Of a DNA stretch of 55,049 nucleotides, positions 20,801 through 35,433 are shown in pieces. Each line of letters starts with the position of its first letter. Position 1 is the stretch's first letter. The notes beneath the pieces are model-generated. The model had not been told where the DNA came from. It saw only the letters and a list, made by a program, of their open reading frames with translations, and did no database searches. The DNA comes from Mayamaea pseudoterrestris. Taxonomy: Eukaryota. A program made the position numbers and the translations under genes. Where the stretch lies: positions 248,001 through 303,049 of the forward strand of contig BROI01000030.1 of assembly GCA_027923505.1 (NCBI GenBank), given 5' to 3'.

Positions 20801-23580
20801 AGGGCATGGGGCATTGTAGTGGTATGATTCCATAATTTGGGGTGTTGGCCACACCCATCTTGTAGACCATTCCATGCTGTAGGCCTCCAGGCAGTCCGTT
20901 TTGTACCATGTCAGACCATCCTCATGTCAATGGCACACCCTGGACATGTTTTGCATGACTCATTGGGTTGTTGGGTGATCAGGGGACGGGGCATTGTAGT
21001 GGTATGATTCCATAATTTGGGGTGTTGGCCACACCCATTTTGCAGATGGTGTAGGCCTCCAGGCAGTCCGTTTTGCACCATTTCAGCCCATCCTCATGTC
21101 AATGGCACACCCTGGACATGTTTTGCCTGACTCATTGGGTTGTTGGGTGGCGGGGCATGGGGCATTGTAGTGGTATGATTCCATAATTTGGGGTGTTGGC
21201 CACACCCATCTTGTAGACCATTCCATGCTGTAGGCCTCCAGGCAGTCCATTTTGTACCATGTCAGACCATCCTCATGTCAATGGCACACCCTGGACATGT
21301 TTTGCATGACTCATTGGGTTGTTGGGTGATCAGGGCACGGGGCATTGTAGTGGTATGATTCCATAATTTGGGGTGTTGGCCACACCCATTTTGCAGATGG
21401 TGTAGGCCTCCAGGCAGTCCGTTTTGCACCATTTCAGCCCATCCTCATGTCAATGGCACACCCTGGACATGTTTTGCCTGACTCATTGGGTTGTTGGGTG
21501 GCCAGGGCATGGGGCATTGTAGTGGTATGATTCCATAATTTGGGGTGTTGGCCACACCCATCTTGTAGACCATTCCATGCTGTAGGCCTCCAGGCAGTCC
21601 GTTTTGTACCATGTCAGACCATCCTCATGTCAATGGCACACCCTGGACATGTTTTGCATGACTCATTGGGTTGTTGGGTGATCAGGCGACGGGGCATTGT
21701 AGTGGTATGATTCCATAATTTGGGGTGTTGGCCACACCCATTTTGCAGATGGTGTAGGCCTCCAGGCAGTCCGTTTTGCACCATTTCAGCCCATCCTCAT
21801 GTCAATGGCACACCCTGGACATGTTTTGCCTGACTCATTGGGTTGTTGGGTGGCCAGGGCATGGGGCATTGTAGTGGTATGATTCCATAATTTGGGGTGT
21901 TGGCCACACCCATCTTGTAGACCATTCCATGCTGTAGGCCTCCAGGCAGTCCGTTTTGTACCATGTCAGACCATCCTCATGTCAATGGCACACCCTGGAC
22001 ATGTTTTGCATGACTCATTGGGTTGTTGGGTGATCAGGGGACGGGGGGTTGTAGTGGTATGATTCCATAATTTGGGGTGTTGGCCACACCCATTTTGCAG
22101 ATGGTGTAGGCCTCCAGGCAGTCCGTTTTGCACCATTTCAGCCCATCCTCATGTCAATGGCACACCCTGGACATGTTTTGCCTGACTCATTGGGTTGTTG
22201 GGTGGCCAGGGCATGGGGCATTGTAGTGGTATGATTCCATAATTTGGGGTGTTGGCCACACCCATCTTGTAGACCATTCCATGCTGTAGGCCTCCAGGCA
22301 GTCCGTTTTGTACCATGTCAGACCATCCTCATGTCAATGGCACACCCTGGACATGTTTTGCATGACTCATTGGGTTGTTGGGTGATCAGGGACGGGGCAT
22401 TGTAGTGGTATGATTCCATAATTTGGGGTGTTGGCCACACCCATTTTGCAGATGGTGTAGGCCTCCAGGCAGTCCGTTTTGCACCATTTCAGCCCATCCT
22501 CATGTCAATGGCACACCCTGGACATGTTTTGCCTGACTCATTGGGTTGTTGGGTGGCCAGGGCATGGGGCATTGTAGTGGTATGATTCCATAATTTGGGG
22601 TGTTGGCCACACCCATCTTGTAGACCATTCCATGCTGTAGGCCTCCAGGCAGTCCGTTTTGTACCATGTCAGACCATCCTCATGTCAATGGCACACCCTG
22701 GACATGTTTTGCATGACTCATTGGGTTGTTGGGTGATCAGGGGACGGGGCATTGTAGTGGTATGATTCCATAATTTGCGGTGTTGGCCACACCCATTTTG
22801 CAGATGGTGTAGGCCTCCAGGCAGTCCGTTTTGCACCATTTCAGCCCATCCTCATGTCAATGGCACACCCTGGACATGTTTTGCCTGACTCATTGGGTTG
22901 TTGGGTGGCCAGGGCATGGGGCATTGTAGTGGTATGATTCCATAATTTGGGGTGTTGGCCACACCCATCTTGTAGACCATTCCATGCTGTAGGCCTCCAG
23001 GCAGTCCGTTTTGTACCATGTCAGACCATCCTCATGTCAATGGCACACCCTGGACATGTTTTGCATGACTCATTGGGTTGTTGGGTGATCAGGGGACGGG
23101 GCATTGTAGTGGTATGATTCCATAATTTGGGGTGTTGGCCACACCCATTTTGCAGATGGTGTAGGCCTCCAGGCAGTCCGTTTTGCACCATTTCAGCCCA
23201 TCCTCATGTCAATGGCACACCCTGGACATGTTTTTCATGACTCATTGGGTTGTTGGGTGGCCAGGGCATGGGGCATTGTAGTGGTATGATTCCATAATTT
23301 GGGGTGTTGGCCACACCCATCTTGTAGACCATTCCATGCTGTAGGCCTCCAGGCAGTCCGTTTTGTACCATGTCAGACCATCCTCATGTCAATGGCACAC
23401 CCTGGACATGTTTTGCATGACTCATTGGGTTATTGGGTGATCAGGGACCGGGGGCATTGTAGTGGTATGATTCCATAATTTGCGGTGTTGGCCACACCCA
23501 TTACCGCAAATGACGTGGGCCTCCCAGTCCGTTTGCACATGTCACCCATCCTCATGTTTGCACACGGCATGTTTTCTGAC
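17857..23580 (+). repeat. Satellite B, 352-bp dimeric repeat (172 + 180 bp monomers), ~16 dimers
   Basis: ggccacaccc recurs at 19,621, 19,793, 19,973 and 20,145 (spacings 172, 180, 172). The monomers differ by the 8-bp insert ccattcca (attttgcaga-tggtgtagg vs atcttgtagaccattccatgctgtagg) plus linked substitutions. Very homogeneous over ~19,300-23,480. Confidence 0.98.
19731..19757 (+). other. Canonical G-quadruplex motif (example copy; one per intact satellite B monomer)
   Basis: GGG-TTGTT-GGG-TGGCCA-GGG-CAT-GGGG fits the G3+N1-7 pattern with four G-runs. The partner monomer has GGG-TTGTT-GGG-TGATCA-GGGG-AC-GGGG (e.g. 20,965-20,991). Folding is not demonstrated. Confidence 0.8.
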
Positions 23581-23591
23581 CAGGGTACCAG

Positions 23592-26500
23592 GTCACCAAT
23601 ATCATTGCCATCCCCTGAGACACTAGCCAGGTATACCATCTTGTTGCGCAGCCTGAATAATGATGTTGGCACCATTCTGGTGTCATTTGGGTGTATACAT
23701 GGCCTGCTTTAGGGCCATTTGAATGTCACGGCATCTGCAGGCTGAGACTGGTGACAAGTTGTCACCAATATCACAACCGACCCCTGAGACACTAGCCAGG
23801 CATACCATCTTGTAGCGCAGCCTGAATAATGATGTTGGCACCATTCTGGTGTCATTTGGGTGTATACATGGCCTGCTGTAGGGGCATTTGAATGTCACGG
23901 CATCTGCAGGCTGAGACTGGTGACAAGTTGTCACCAATATCATTACCGTCCCCTGAGACACTAGCCAGGCATACCATCTTGTAGCGCAGCCTGAATAAAA
24001 AAATGATGTTGGCACCATTCTGGTGTATTTTGGGCACCTACAGGGCTTGCTGTAGGGGCGTTTGAATGTCACGGCATCTGCAGGCTGAGACTGGTGACAA
24101 GTTGTCACCAATATCATTGCCATCCCCTGAGACACTAGCCAGGCATATCATCTTGTAGCGCAGCCTGAATAATGATGTTGGCACCATTCTGGTGTATTTT
24201 GGGCACCTACAGGGCCTGCTGTAGGGGCGTTTGAATGTCACGGCATCTGCAGGCTGAGACTGGTGACAAGTTGTCACCAATATCATTGCCGTCCCCTGAG
24301 ACACTAGCCAGGCATACCATCTTGTAGCGCAGCCTGAATAATGATGTTGGCACCATTCTGGTGTCATTTGGGTGTATACATGGCCTGCTGTAGGGGCGTT
24401 TGAATGTCACGGCATCTGCAGGCTGAGACTGGTGACAAGTTGTCACCAATCACAATGCCATCCCCTGAGACACTAGCCAGGCATACCATCTTGTAGCGCA
24501 GCCTGAATAATGATGTTGGCACCATTCTGGTGTCATTTGGGTGTATACATGGCCTGCTGTAGGGGCATTTGAATGCCACGGCATCTGCAGGCTGAGACTG
24601 GTGACAAGTTGTCACCAATATCATTGCCATCCCCTGAGACACTAGCCAGGCATACCATCTTGTAGCGCAGCCTGAATAATGATGTTGGCACCATTCTGGT
24701 GTCATTTGGGTGTATACATGGCCTGCTGTAGGAGTGTTTGAATGTCACGGCATCTGCAGGCTGAGACTGGTGACAAGTTGTCACCAATATCATTGCCGTC
24801 CCCTGAGACACTAGCCAGGCATACCATCTTGTAGCGCAGCCTGAATAATGATGTTGGCACCATTCTGGTGTATTTTGGGCACCTACAGGGCCTGCTGTAG
24901 GGGCATTTGAATGTCACGGCATCTGCAGGCTGAGACTGGTGACAAGTTGTCACCAATATCATTGCCGTCCCCTGAGACACTAGCCAGGCATACCATCTTG
25001 TAGCGCAGCCTGAATAAAAAAATGATGTTGGCACCATTCTGGTGTCATTTTGGGTACCTACAGGCTTGCTGTAGGGGCGTTTGAATGTCACGGCATCTGC
25101 GGGCTGAGACTGGTGACAAGTTGTCACCAATATCATTGCCGTCTCCTGAGACACTAGCCAGGCATACCATCTTGTAGCGCAGCCTGAATAATGATGTTGG
25201 CACCATTCTGGTGTAATTTGGGTGCCTACAGGGCCTGCTGTAGGGGCGTTTGAATGTCACGGCATCTGCAGGCTGAGACTGGTGACAAGTTGTCACCAAT
25301 ATCATTGCCATCCCCTGAGACACTAGCCAGGCATACCATCTTGTTGCGCAGCCTGAATAATGATGTTGGCACCATTCTGGTGTCATTTGGGTGTATACAT
25401 GGCCTGCTGTAGGGGCGTTTGAATGTCACGGCATCTGCAGGCTGAGACTGGTGACAAGTTGTCACCAATATCTTTGCCATCCCCTGAGACACTAGCCAGG
25501 CATACCATCTTGTAGCGCAGCCTGAATAATGATGTTGGCACCATTCTGGTGTCATTTGGGTGTATACATGGCCTGCTGTAGGGGCGTTTGAATGTCACGG
25601 CATCTGCAGGCTGAGACTGGTGACAAGTTGTCACCAATATCATTGCCGTCCCCTGAGACACTAGCCAGGCATACCATCTTGTAGCGCAGCCTGAATAATG
25701 ATGTTGGCACCATTCTGGTGTCATTTTGTGTACCTACATGGCCTGCTGTAAGGGCGTTTGAATGTCACGGCATCTGCAGGCTGAGACTGGTGACAAGTTG
25801 TCACCAATATCATTGCTGTCCCCTGAGACACTAGCCAGGCATACCATCTTGTTGCGCAGCCTGAATAATGATGTTGGCACCATTCTGGTGTCATTTGGGT
25901 GTATACATGGCCTGCTGTAGGGGCGTTTGAATGTCACGGCATCTGCAGGCTGAGACTGGTGACAAGTTGTCACCAATATCATTGCCGTCCCCTGAGACAC
26001 TAGCCAGGCATACCATCTTGTAGCGCAGCCTGAATAATGATGTTGGCACCATTCTGGTGTCATTTGGGTGTATACATGGCCTGCTGTAGGGGCATTTGAA
26101 TGTCACGGCATCTGCAGGCTGAGACTGGTGACAAGTTGTCACCAATATCATTGCCGTCCCCTGAGACACTAGCCAGGCATACCATCTTGTAGCGCAGCCT
26201 GAATAATGATGTTGGCACCATTCTGGTGTCATTTGGGTGTATACATGGCCTGCTGTAGGGGCGTTTGAATGTCACGGCATCTGCAGGCTGAGACTGGTGA
26301 CAAGTTGTCACCAATATCATTGCCGTCCCCTGAGACACTAGCCAGGCATATCATCTTGTAGCGCAGCCTGAATAATGATGTTGGCACCATTCTGGTGTAT
26401 TTTGGGCACCTACAGGGCTTGCTGTAGGGGCGTTTGAATGTCACGGCATCTGCAGGCTGAGACTGGTGACAAGTTGTCACCAATATCATTGCCATCCCCT

Positions 26501-29500
26501 GAGACACTAGCCAGGCATATCATCTTGTAGCGCAGCCTGAATAATGATGTTGGCACCATTCTGGTGTATTTTGGGCACCTACAGGGCCTGCTGTAGGGGC
26601 GTTTGAATGTCACGGCATCTGCAGGCTCAGACTGGTGACAAGTTGTCATCAATATCATTGCCGTCCCCTGAGACACTAGCCAGGCATACCATCTTGTTGC
26701 GCAGCCTGAATAATGATGTTGGCACCATTCTGGTGTCATTTGGGTGTATACATGGCCTGCTGTAGGGGCGTTTGAATGTCACGGCATCTGCAGGCTGAGA
26801 CTGGTGACAAGTTGTCACCAATATCATTGCGGTCCCCTGAGACACTAGCCAGGCATACCATCTTGTTGCGCAGCCTGAATAAGGATGTTGGCACCATTCT
26901 GGTGTCATTTGGGTGTATACATGGCCTGCTGTAGAGGCGTTTGAATGTCACGGCATCTGCAGGCTGAGACTGGTGACAAGTTGTCACCAATATCATTGCC
27001 GTCCCCTGAGACACTAGCCAGGCATACCATCTTGTAGCGCAGCCTGAATAATGATGTTGGCACCATTCTGGTGTCATCTGGGTGTATACATGGCCTGCTG
27101 TAGGGCACGGCATCTGCAGGCTGAGACTGGTGACAAGTTGTCACCAATATCATTACTGCCCCCTGAGACACTAGCCAGGCATACCTTCTTGTAGCGCAGC
27201 CTGAATAATGATGTTGGCACCATTCTGGTGTATTTGGTTGCACCTACAGGGCCTGCTGTAGGGGCGTTTGAATGTCACGGCATCTGCAGGCTGAGACTGG
27301 TGACAAGTTGTCACCAATATCATTGCCGTCCCCTGAGACACTAGCCAGGCATACCATCTTGTTGCGCAGCCTGAATAATGATGTTGGCACCATTCTGTGT
27401 CATTTGGGTGTATCTTACATGGCCTGCTGTAGGGGCGTTTGAATGTCACGGCATCTGCAGGCTGAGACTGGTGACAAGTTGTCACCAATATCATTGCCGT
27501 CCCCTGAGACACAAGCCAGGCATATCATCTTGTAGCGCAGCCTGAATAATGATGTTGGCACCATTCTGGTGTCATCTGGGTGTATACATGGCCTGCTGTA
27601 GGGGCATTTGAATGTCAGGGCATCTGCAGGCTGAGACTGGTGACAAGTTGTCACCAATATCATTGCCGTCCCCTGAGACACTAGCCAGGCATACCATCTT
27701 GTAGCGCAGCCTGAATTATGATGTTGGCACCATTCTGGTGTCATTTGGGTGTATACATGGCCTGCTGTAGGGGCGGTTGAATGTCACGGCATCTGCAGGC
27801 TGAGACTGGTGACAAGTTGTCACCAATATCATTGCCGTCCCCTGAGACACTGAGCAGCATACCATCTTGTAGCGCAGCCTGAATAATGATGTTGGCACCA
27901 TTCTGGTTGTCATTTGGGTACTCACATGGCCTGCTGTAGGGGGGGCGTTTGAATGTCACGGCATCTGCGGGCTGGAGACTGGTGACAAGTTGTCACCAAT
28001 ATCATTGCCATCCCCTGAGACACTAGCCAGGTATATACCATCTTGTTGCGCAGCCTGAATAATGATGTTCCTGAGACACTAGCCAGGCATACCATCTTGT
28101 AGCGCAGCCTGAATAATGATGTTGGCACCATTCTGGTGTAATTTGGGTGCCTACAGGGCCTGCTGTAGGGGCGTTTGAATGTCACGGCATCTGCAGGCTG
28201 AGACTGGTGACAAGTTGTCACCAATATCATTGCCATCCCCTGAGACACTAGCCAGGCATACCATCTTGTTGCGCAGCCTGAATAATGATGTTGGCACCAT
28301 TCTGGTGTCATTTGGGTGTATACATGGCCTGCTGTAGGGGCGTTTGAATGTCACGGCATCTGCAGGCTGAGACTGGTGACAAGTTGTCACCAATATCTTT
28401 GCCATCCCCTGAGACACTAGCCAGGCATACCATCTTGTAGCGCAGCCTGAATAATGATGTTGGCACCATTCTGGTGTCATTTGGGTGTATACATGGCCTG
28501 CTGTAGGGGCGTTTGAATGTCACGGCATCTGCAGGCTGAGACTGGTGACAAGTTGTCACCAATATCATTGCCGTCCCCTGAGACACTAGCCAGGCATACC
28601 ATCTTGTAGCGCAGCCTGAATAATGATGTTGGCACCATTCTGGTGTCATTTTGTGTACCTACATGGCCTGCTGTAAGGGCGTTTGAATGTCACGGCATCT
28701 GCAGGCTGAGACTGGTGACAAGTTGTCACCAATATCATTGCTGTCCCCTGAGACACTAGCCAGGCATACCATCTTGTTGCGCAGCCTGAATAATGATGTT
28801 GGCACCATTCTGGTGTCATTTGGGTGTATACATGGCCTGCTGTAGGGGCGTTTGAATGTCACGGCATCTGCAGGCTGAGACTGGTGACAAGTTGTCACCA
28901 ATATCATTGCCGTCCCCTGAGACACTAGCCAGGCATACCATCTTGTAGCGCAGCCTGAATAATGATGTTGGCACCATTCTGGTGTCATTTGGGTGTATAC
29001 ATGGCCTGCTGTAGGGGCATTTGAATGTCACGGCATCTGCAGGCTGAGACTGGTGACAAGTTGTCACCAATATCATTGCCGTCCCCTGAGACACTAGCCA
29101 GGCATACCATCTTGTAGCGCAGCCTGAATAATGATGTTGGCACCATTCTGGTGTCATTTGGGTGTATACATGGCCTGCTGTAGGGGCGTTTGAATGTCAC
29201 GGCATCTGCAGGCTGAGACTGGTGACAAGTTGTCACCAATATCATTGCCGTCCCCTGAGACACTAGCCAGGCATATCATCTTGTAGCGCAGCCTGAATAA
29301 TGATGTTGGCACCATTCTGGTGTATTTTGGGCACCTACAGGGCTTGCTGTAGGGGCGTTTGAATGTCACGGCATCTGCAGGCTGAGACTGGTGACAAGTT
29401 GTCACCAATATCATTGCCATCCCCTGAGACACTAGCCAGGCATATCATCTTGTAGCGCAGCCTGAATAATGATGTTGGCACCATTCTGGTGTATTTTGGG

Positions 29501-32500
29501 CACCTACAGGGCCTGCTGTAGGGGCGTTTGAATGTCACGGCATCTGCAGGCTCAGACTGGTGACAAGTTGTCATCAATATCATTGCCGTCCCCTGAGACA
29601 CTAGCCAGGCATACCATCTTGTTGCGCAGCCTGAATAATGATGTTGGCACCATTCTGGTGTCATTTGGGTGTATACATGGCCTGCTGTAGGGGCGTTTGA
29701 ATGTCACGGCATCTGCAGGCTGAGACTGGTGACAAGTTGTCACCAATATCATTGCGGTCCCCTGAGACACTAGCCAGGCATACCATCTTGTTGCGCAGCC
29801 TGAATAAGGATGTTGGCACCATTCTGGTGTCATTTGGGTGTATACATGGCCTGCTGTAGAGGCGTTTGAATGTCACGGCATCTGCAGGCTGAGACTGGTG
29901 ACAAGTTGTCACCAATATCATTGCCGTCCCCTGAGACACTAGCCAGGCATACCATCTTGTAGCGCAGCCTGAATAATGATGTTGGCACCATTCTGGTGTC
30001 ATCTGGGTGTATACATGGCCTGCTGTAGGGCACGGCATCTGCAGGCTGAGACTGGTGACAAGTTGTCACCAATATCATTACTGCCCCCTGAGACACTAGC
30101 CAGGCATACCTTCTTGTAGCGCAGCCTGAATAATGATGTTGGCACCATTCTGGTGTATTTGGTTGCACCTACAGGGCCTGCTGTAGGGGCGTTTGAATGT
30201 CACGGCATCTGCAGGCTGAGACTGGTGACAAGTTGTCACCAATATCATTGCCGTCCCCTGAGACACTAGCCAGGCATACCATCTTGTTGCGCAGCCTGAA
30301 TAATGATGTTGGCACCATTCTGTGTCATTTGGGTGTATCTTACATGGCCTGCTGTAGGGGCGTTTGAATGTCACGGCATCTGCAGGCTGAGACTGGTGAC
30401 AAGTTGTCACCAATATCATTGCCGTCCCCTGAGACACAAGCCAGGCATATCATCTTGTAGCGCAGCCTGAATAATGATGTTGGCACCATTCTGGTGTCAT
30501 CTGGGTGTATACATGGCCTGCTGTAGGGGCATTTGAATGCCAGGGCATCTGCAGGCTGAGACTGGTGACAAGTTGTCACCAATATCATTGCCGTCCCCTG
30601 AGACACTAGCCAGGCATACCATCTTGTAGCGCAGCCTGAATTATGATGTTGGCACCATTCTGGTGTCATTTGGGTGTATACATGGCCTGCTGTAGGGGCG
30701 GTTGAATGTCACGGCATCTGCAGGCTGAGACTGGTGACAAGTTGTCACCAATATCATTGCCGTCCCCTGAGACACTGAGCAGCATACCATCTTGTAGCGC
30801 AGCCTGAATAATGATGTTGGCACCATTCTGGTTGTCATTTGGGTACTCACATGGCCTGCTGTAGGGGGGGCGTTTGAATGTCACGGCATCTGCGGGCTGG
30901 AGACTGGTGACAAGTTGTCACCAATATCATTGCCATCCCCTGAGACACTAGCCAGGTATATACCATCTTGTTGCGCAGCCTGAATAATGATGTTAAGGCA
31001 CACTGTGTCAGTGGTCTAGGCCTAGCTTGAATGTCATGGCATCTGCAGGCTGAGGACTGGTGACAAGTTGTCACCAATTCGTTCCCTCTGAGACACTAGC
31101 CACGCATACCATCTTGTAGCGCAGCCTGAATAATGATGTTGAGCACCATTCTGGTGTCTTTTGGGTACTACATGGCCTGCTGTAGGGGCGCGTTTGAATG
31201 TCCACGGCATCTGAGGGCTGAGACTGTGTGTTGTCACCAATATCATTGCTGTCCCCTGAGACACTAGCCAGGCATACCATCTTGTAGCGCACTTTTTAAT
31301 AATGATGTTGGCAGTTTTTCTGGTGCACGCGGGTGTATACACATGCTGCTGTAGGGAATAGCCACGGCATCTGCAGGCTGAGACTGGTGACAAGTTGTCA
31401 CCAATATCATTGCCATCCCCTGAGACACTCAGCCAGGTATACCATCTTGTTGCGCAGCCCTGAATAATGATGTTGGCACCATTCTGGTGTATTTGGGGGT
31501 ACTACATGGCCTGCTGTAGGGGCGTTTGAATGTCATGGCATCTGCAGGCTGAGACTGGTGACAAGTTGTCACCACATTCGTCGTCCCCTTAGTAGACACC
31601 CAGCCAGGCATACCAGCCCCAGCAGCAGCCTGAATAATGATGTTGTGCTGATTCTGGTGTCATTTGGGATTCAATGGCCTGCTGTAGGGGCGTTTGAATG
31701 TCACGGCATCTGAAGAGCTGAGACTGGTGACAAGTTGTCACGCAGTATCATTGCTATCCCCTGAGACACTAGCCAGGCATACCATCTTGCCAGCAGCCCT
31801 GAATAATGATGTTGGCACCATTCTGGTGTCATTTGGTGCTTACATGGGCCTGGCTGTAGGGGCGTTTGAATGTCACGGCATCTGCAGGCTCAGACTGGTG
31901 ACAAGTTGTCATCAATATCATTGCCGTCCCCTGAGACACTAGCCAGGCACTTTACCATCTTGTACTCAACCTGAATAATGATGTTGCCACCATTCTGGTG
32001 TCATTTGGGTGTATACATGGCCTGCTGTAGGGCGTTTGAATGTCACGCCGGCATCTGCAGGCTAAGACTGGTGACAAGTTGTCACCAATCAGTACCAAGT
32101 CCCCTTGAGACACTAGCCAGGCATACCAACTTGTAGCGCAGCCTGAATAATGATGTTGTCACCATTCTGGTCAGTTCATTTTGGTCATGGCCTTCTGTAG
32201 GGGCGTTTGAATGTCATTGCATCTGCGGGCTGAGGACTAGTGACAAGTTGTCACCCAATAGCCATTCCCGTCCCCTGAGACACTAGGCCAGGCATACCCA
32301 TCTTGTGGCACAGCCTGAATAATGATGTTGGCACTATTCTGGTGTCATTTTGGTGCACCTACAGGGCCTGTACTGTAGGGCGTTTGAATGTCTCGGCATC
32401 CGCAGGCTGAGACTGGTGACAAGTTGTCACCAATATCATTGCCCGTCCCCTGAGACACTATCCAGGCATACCATCTTGTTGCTCAGCCTGAATAATGATG

Positions 32501-35425
32501 TTGGCACCATTCTGGTGTCTTTTGGTTGTGTATACATGGCCTGCTGTAGGGGCGTTTGAATGTCACGGCATCTGCAGGCTGAGACTGGTGACAAGTTGTC
32601 ACCAATATCCTTGCCGTCCCCTGAGACACTAGCCCAGGCATACCATCTTGTTGCGCAACCTGAAAAAAAATGTTGGCACCATTCTGGTGTCATTTGGGTG
32701 TATACATGGCCTGCTGTAGGGCGTTGAATGTCACACCGGCATCTGCGAGGCTGGGAGACTGGTGACAAGTTGTCACCAATATCATTGCCCCCCTGAGACA
32801 CTAGCCAGGCATACCATCTTGTAGCGCAGCCGAAATAATGATGTTGGCACCATTCTGGTGTATTTTGGTGTACCCACATGGCCTGCTGTAGGGGCGTTTG
32901 AATGTCCACGGCATCTGCAGGCTGAGAACTTGCGATGTTGTCACCAATATCATTACCATCCCCTGAGACACTGACAGGCATGCTCATTCTTTAGCGAGCC
33001 TGAATAATGATGTTGGCACCATTCTGGTGTCATTTGGGTATCATACTGGCCTGCTGTAGGGGCGTTTGGAATGTCACCGGCATCTGTGAGGCTGAGACTG
33101 GTGACAAGTTGTCACCAATATCATGCCATCCCCTGAGACACTAGCCAGGCATACCATCTTGTACCGCAGCCGAATAATGATGTTGGCACCATTCTGGTGT
33201 CATTTGGGGTGTATACCATGGCCTGCTGTAGGGGCGTTTGCAATGTCCACCGCATCTGCAGGCTGAGACTGGTGACAAGTTGTCACCACTCATCATTGCC
33301 GTCCCCTGAGACACTAGCCAGGCATACCATCTTGTAGCGCAACCTGAATAATGATGTTGGCACCGACTCTGGTGTATTTGGGGCACCTACAGGGCTTGCT
33401 GTAGAGGTGGTTTTGAATAGTCACGGCATCTGCAGGCTGAGACTGGTGACAAGTTGTCACCAATATCATTGCTATCCCCTGAGACACTAGCCAGGCATAA
33501 CATCTTGTAGCGCAGCTTTAATAATGATGTTGGCAATATTCTGGTGCGTCATTTGGGGTATACCATGGCCTGCTCTGTAGGGGGCGTTTGAATGTCACGG
33601 CATCTGCGGGGCTGAGACTGGCTGATCAAGTTGTCACCAATATCATTGCCGTCCCCTGAGACACTAGCCAGGTTTACCATCTTGTGGCGCAGCCTGCATA
33701 ATGATGTTGGCACCATTCTGGTGTCATTTGGGTGACCTACAGGCTTGCTACGGTAGGGGCATTTGAATGTCACGGCATCTGCAGGCTCAGACTGGTGACA
33801 AGTTGTCACCAATCTCATAACTGTCCCCTGAGACACTAGCCAGGCATACCATCTTGTAGCGCAGCTTGAATAATGCATGTTAAGCACCCATTTTCTGGTG
33901 TCATTTGGGTGTATACACATGGCCTGCTGTAGGGGCGTTTGAATGTCATGGCATCTGCGGGCTGAGACTGGTGACAAGTTGCCAATATCATTGCCTCCCC
34001 TGAGACACTAGCCAGGTATACCATCTTGTAGGAATAAAATAGCGCAGCCTGAATAATGATGTTGGCACAATTCTGGTGTCATTTGGTGTATACATGGCCT
34101 GCTGTAGGGGCGTTTGAATGTCATGGCATCTGCAGGCTGAGACTGGTGACAAGTTGTCACCAATATCATTGCCGTCCCCTTAGACACTAGCCACGCATAC
34201 CATCTTGTTGAGCAGCCTGAATAATGATGTTGACACCATTCTGGTGTCATTTGGGTGTATTCATGGCCTGTTTTAAGGGGCGTTTGAATGTCCACGGCAT
34301 CTGCAGGCTGAGACTGGTGACAAGTTGTCACTAATATCATTGCTATCCCCTGAGACACTAGCCCAGGCATATCATCTTGTTGCGCAGCCTGCATAATGAT
34401 GTTAGCACCATTCTGGTGTCATTTGAGTGTCTAATGGCCTGCTGTAAGGGCGTTTGAATGTCACGGCATCTCAAGGGCTGAGACTGGTGACAAGTTGTCG
34501 CCAATATCATTGCCGTCCCCTGAGACACTGTTGCAGGACCATCTTGTTTGCAACCTGAATAATGATGTTGGCACCATTCTGGTGTCATTTAAGTACATGG
34601 CCTGCTGTAGGGGCATTTGAACAATGTCCGACAGCATCTGCACTGAGACTGGTGACAAGTTGTCACCAATATCATTACCGTCCCCTGAGACACTAATGCC
34701 AGGCATACCAATCTTGTAGCGCAGCCTGAATAATGATGTTGGCAATATTCTGGTGTATTTTGGGCACCTACAGGGCCTGCTGTAAGGGCGTTTGAATGTC
34801 ACGGCATCTGCAGGCTGAGACTGGTGACAAGTTGTCACCAATATCATTGCCGTCCCCTGAGACACTAGCCAGGCATACCATCTTGTTGCGCAGCCTGAAT
34901 AATGATATTGGCACCATTCTGGTTCATTTGGGGTTTATAACATGGCCTGCTGTGGGGCGTTTGAATGTCACGGCATCTGCAGGCTGAGACTGCACGTTAA
35001 AGTTGTCACCAATATCATTGCTATCCACCTGAGACACTAGCCAGGCATACCATCTGTAGGTAGCCTGAATAATGATGTTGGCACCATTCTGGTATCTTTG
35101 GTTGTATGCCACCTGCTGTAGGGGTGCACGGCGTTTTGAATGGACCGTCTATACGGCGAGGGTAACAAGTTGTCACCAAAAATATTGTCGTAGACACAGC
35201 ATACCCGACCTCAGGCGCAGCCGACAAAATAATGATGTTGGCACCATTCCGGTGTATTTGGGACCACACACAGGGCTTCTGGCTGTAGCGGCGTTTGAAT
35301 GTCACGGCATCTGCAGGCTGAGACTGGTGACAAGTTGTCACCAAATATTGCCATGCCCAGACACCAGCCAGGCCTACCATCTGTAGCTGCAGCCGATAAT
35401 GTGGTGTCTTGGGTTACATGGCCTG
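23592..35425 (+). repeat. Satellite A, subfamily A2, forward orientation (~70 monomers)
   Basis: 169-bp period with A2 words (ccaatatcattgccgtcccctgagacactagccaggcatacc; gtcatttgggtgtatacatggcc). Clean to ~31,000, indel-noisy afterwards. Confidence 0.97.
25145..30994 (+). repeat. Near-exact direct tandem duplication of 2,925 bp (25,145-28,069 and 28,070-30,994)
   Basis: The ORF track repeats with a constant 2,925 offset (25226/28151, 26736/29661, 27741/30666). The junction aatgatgtt|cctgagacac at 28,069/28,070 is out of monomer phase, and private indels are shared by both copies. Confidence 0.95.
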
Positions 35426-35433
35426 TTTTGGTG

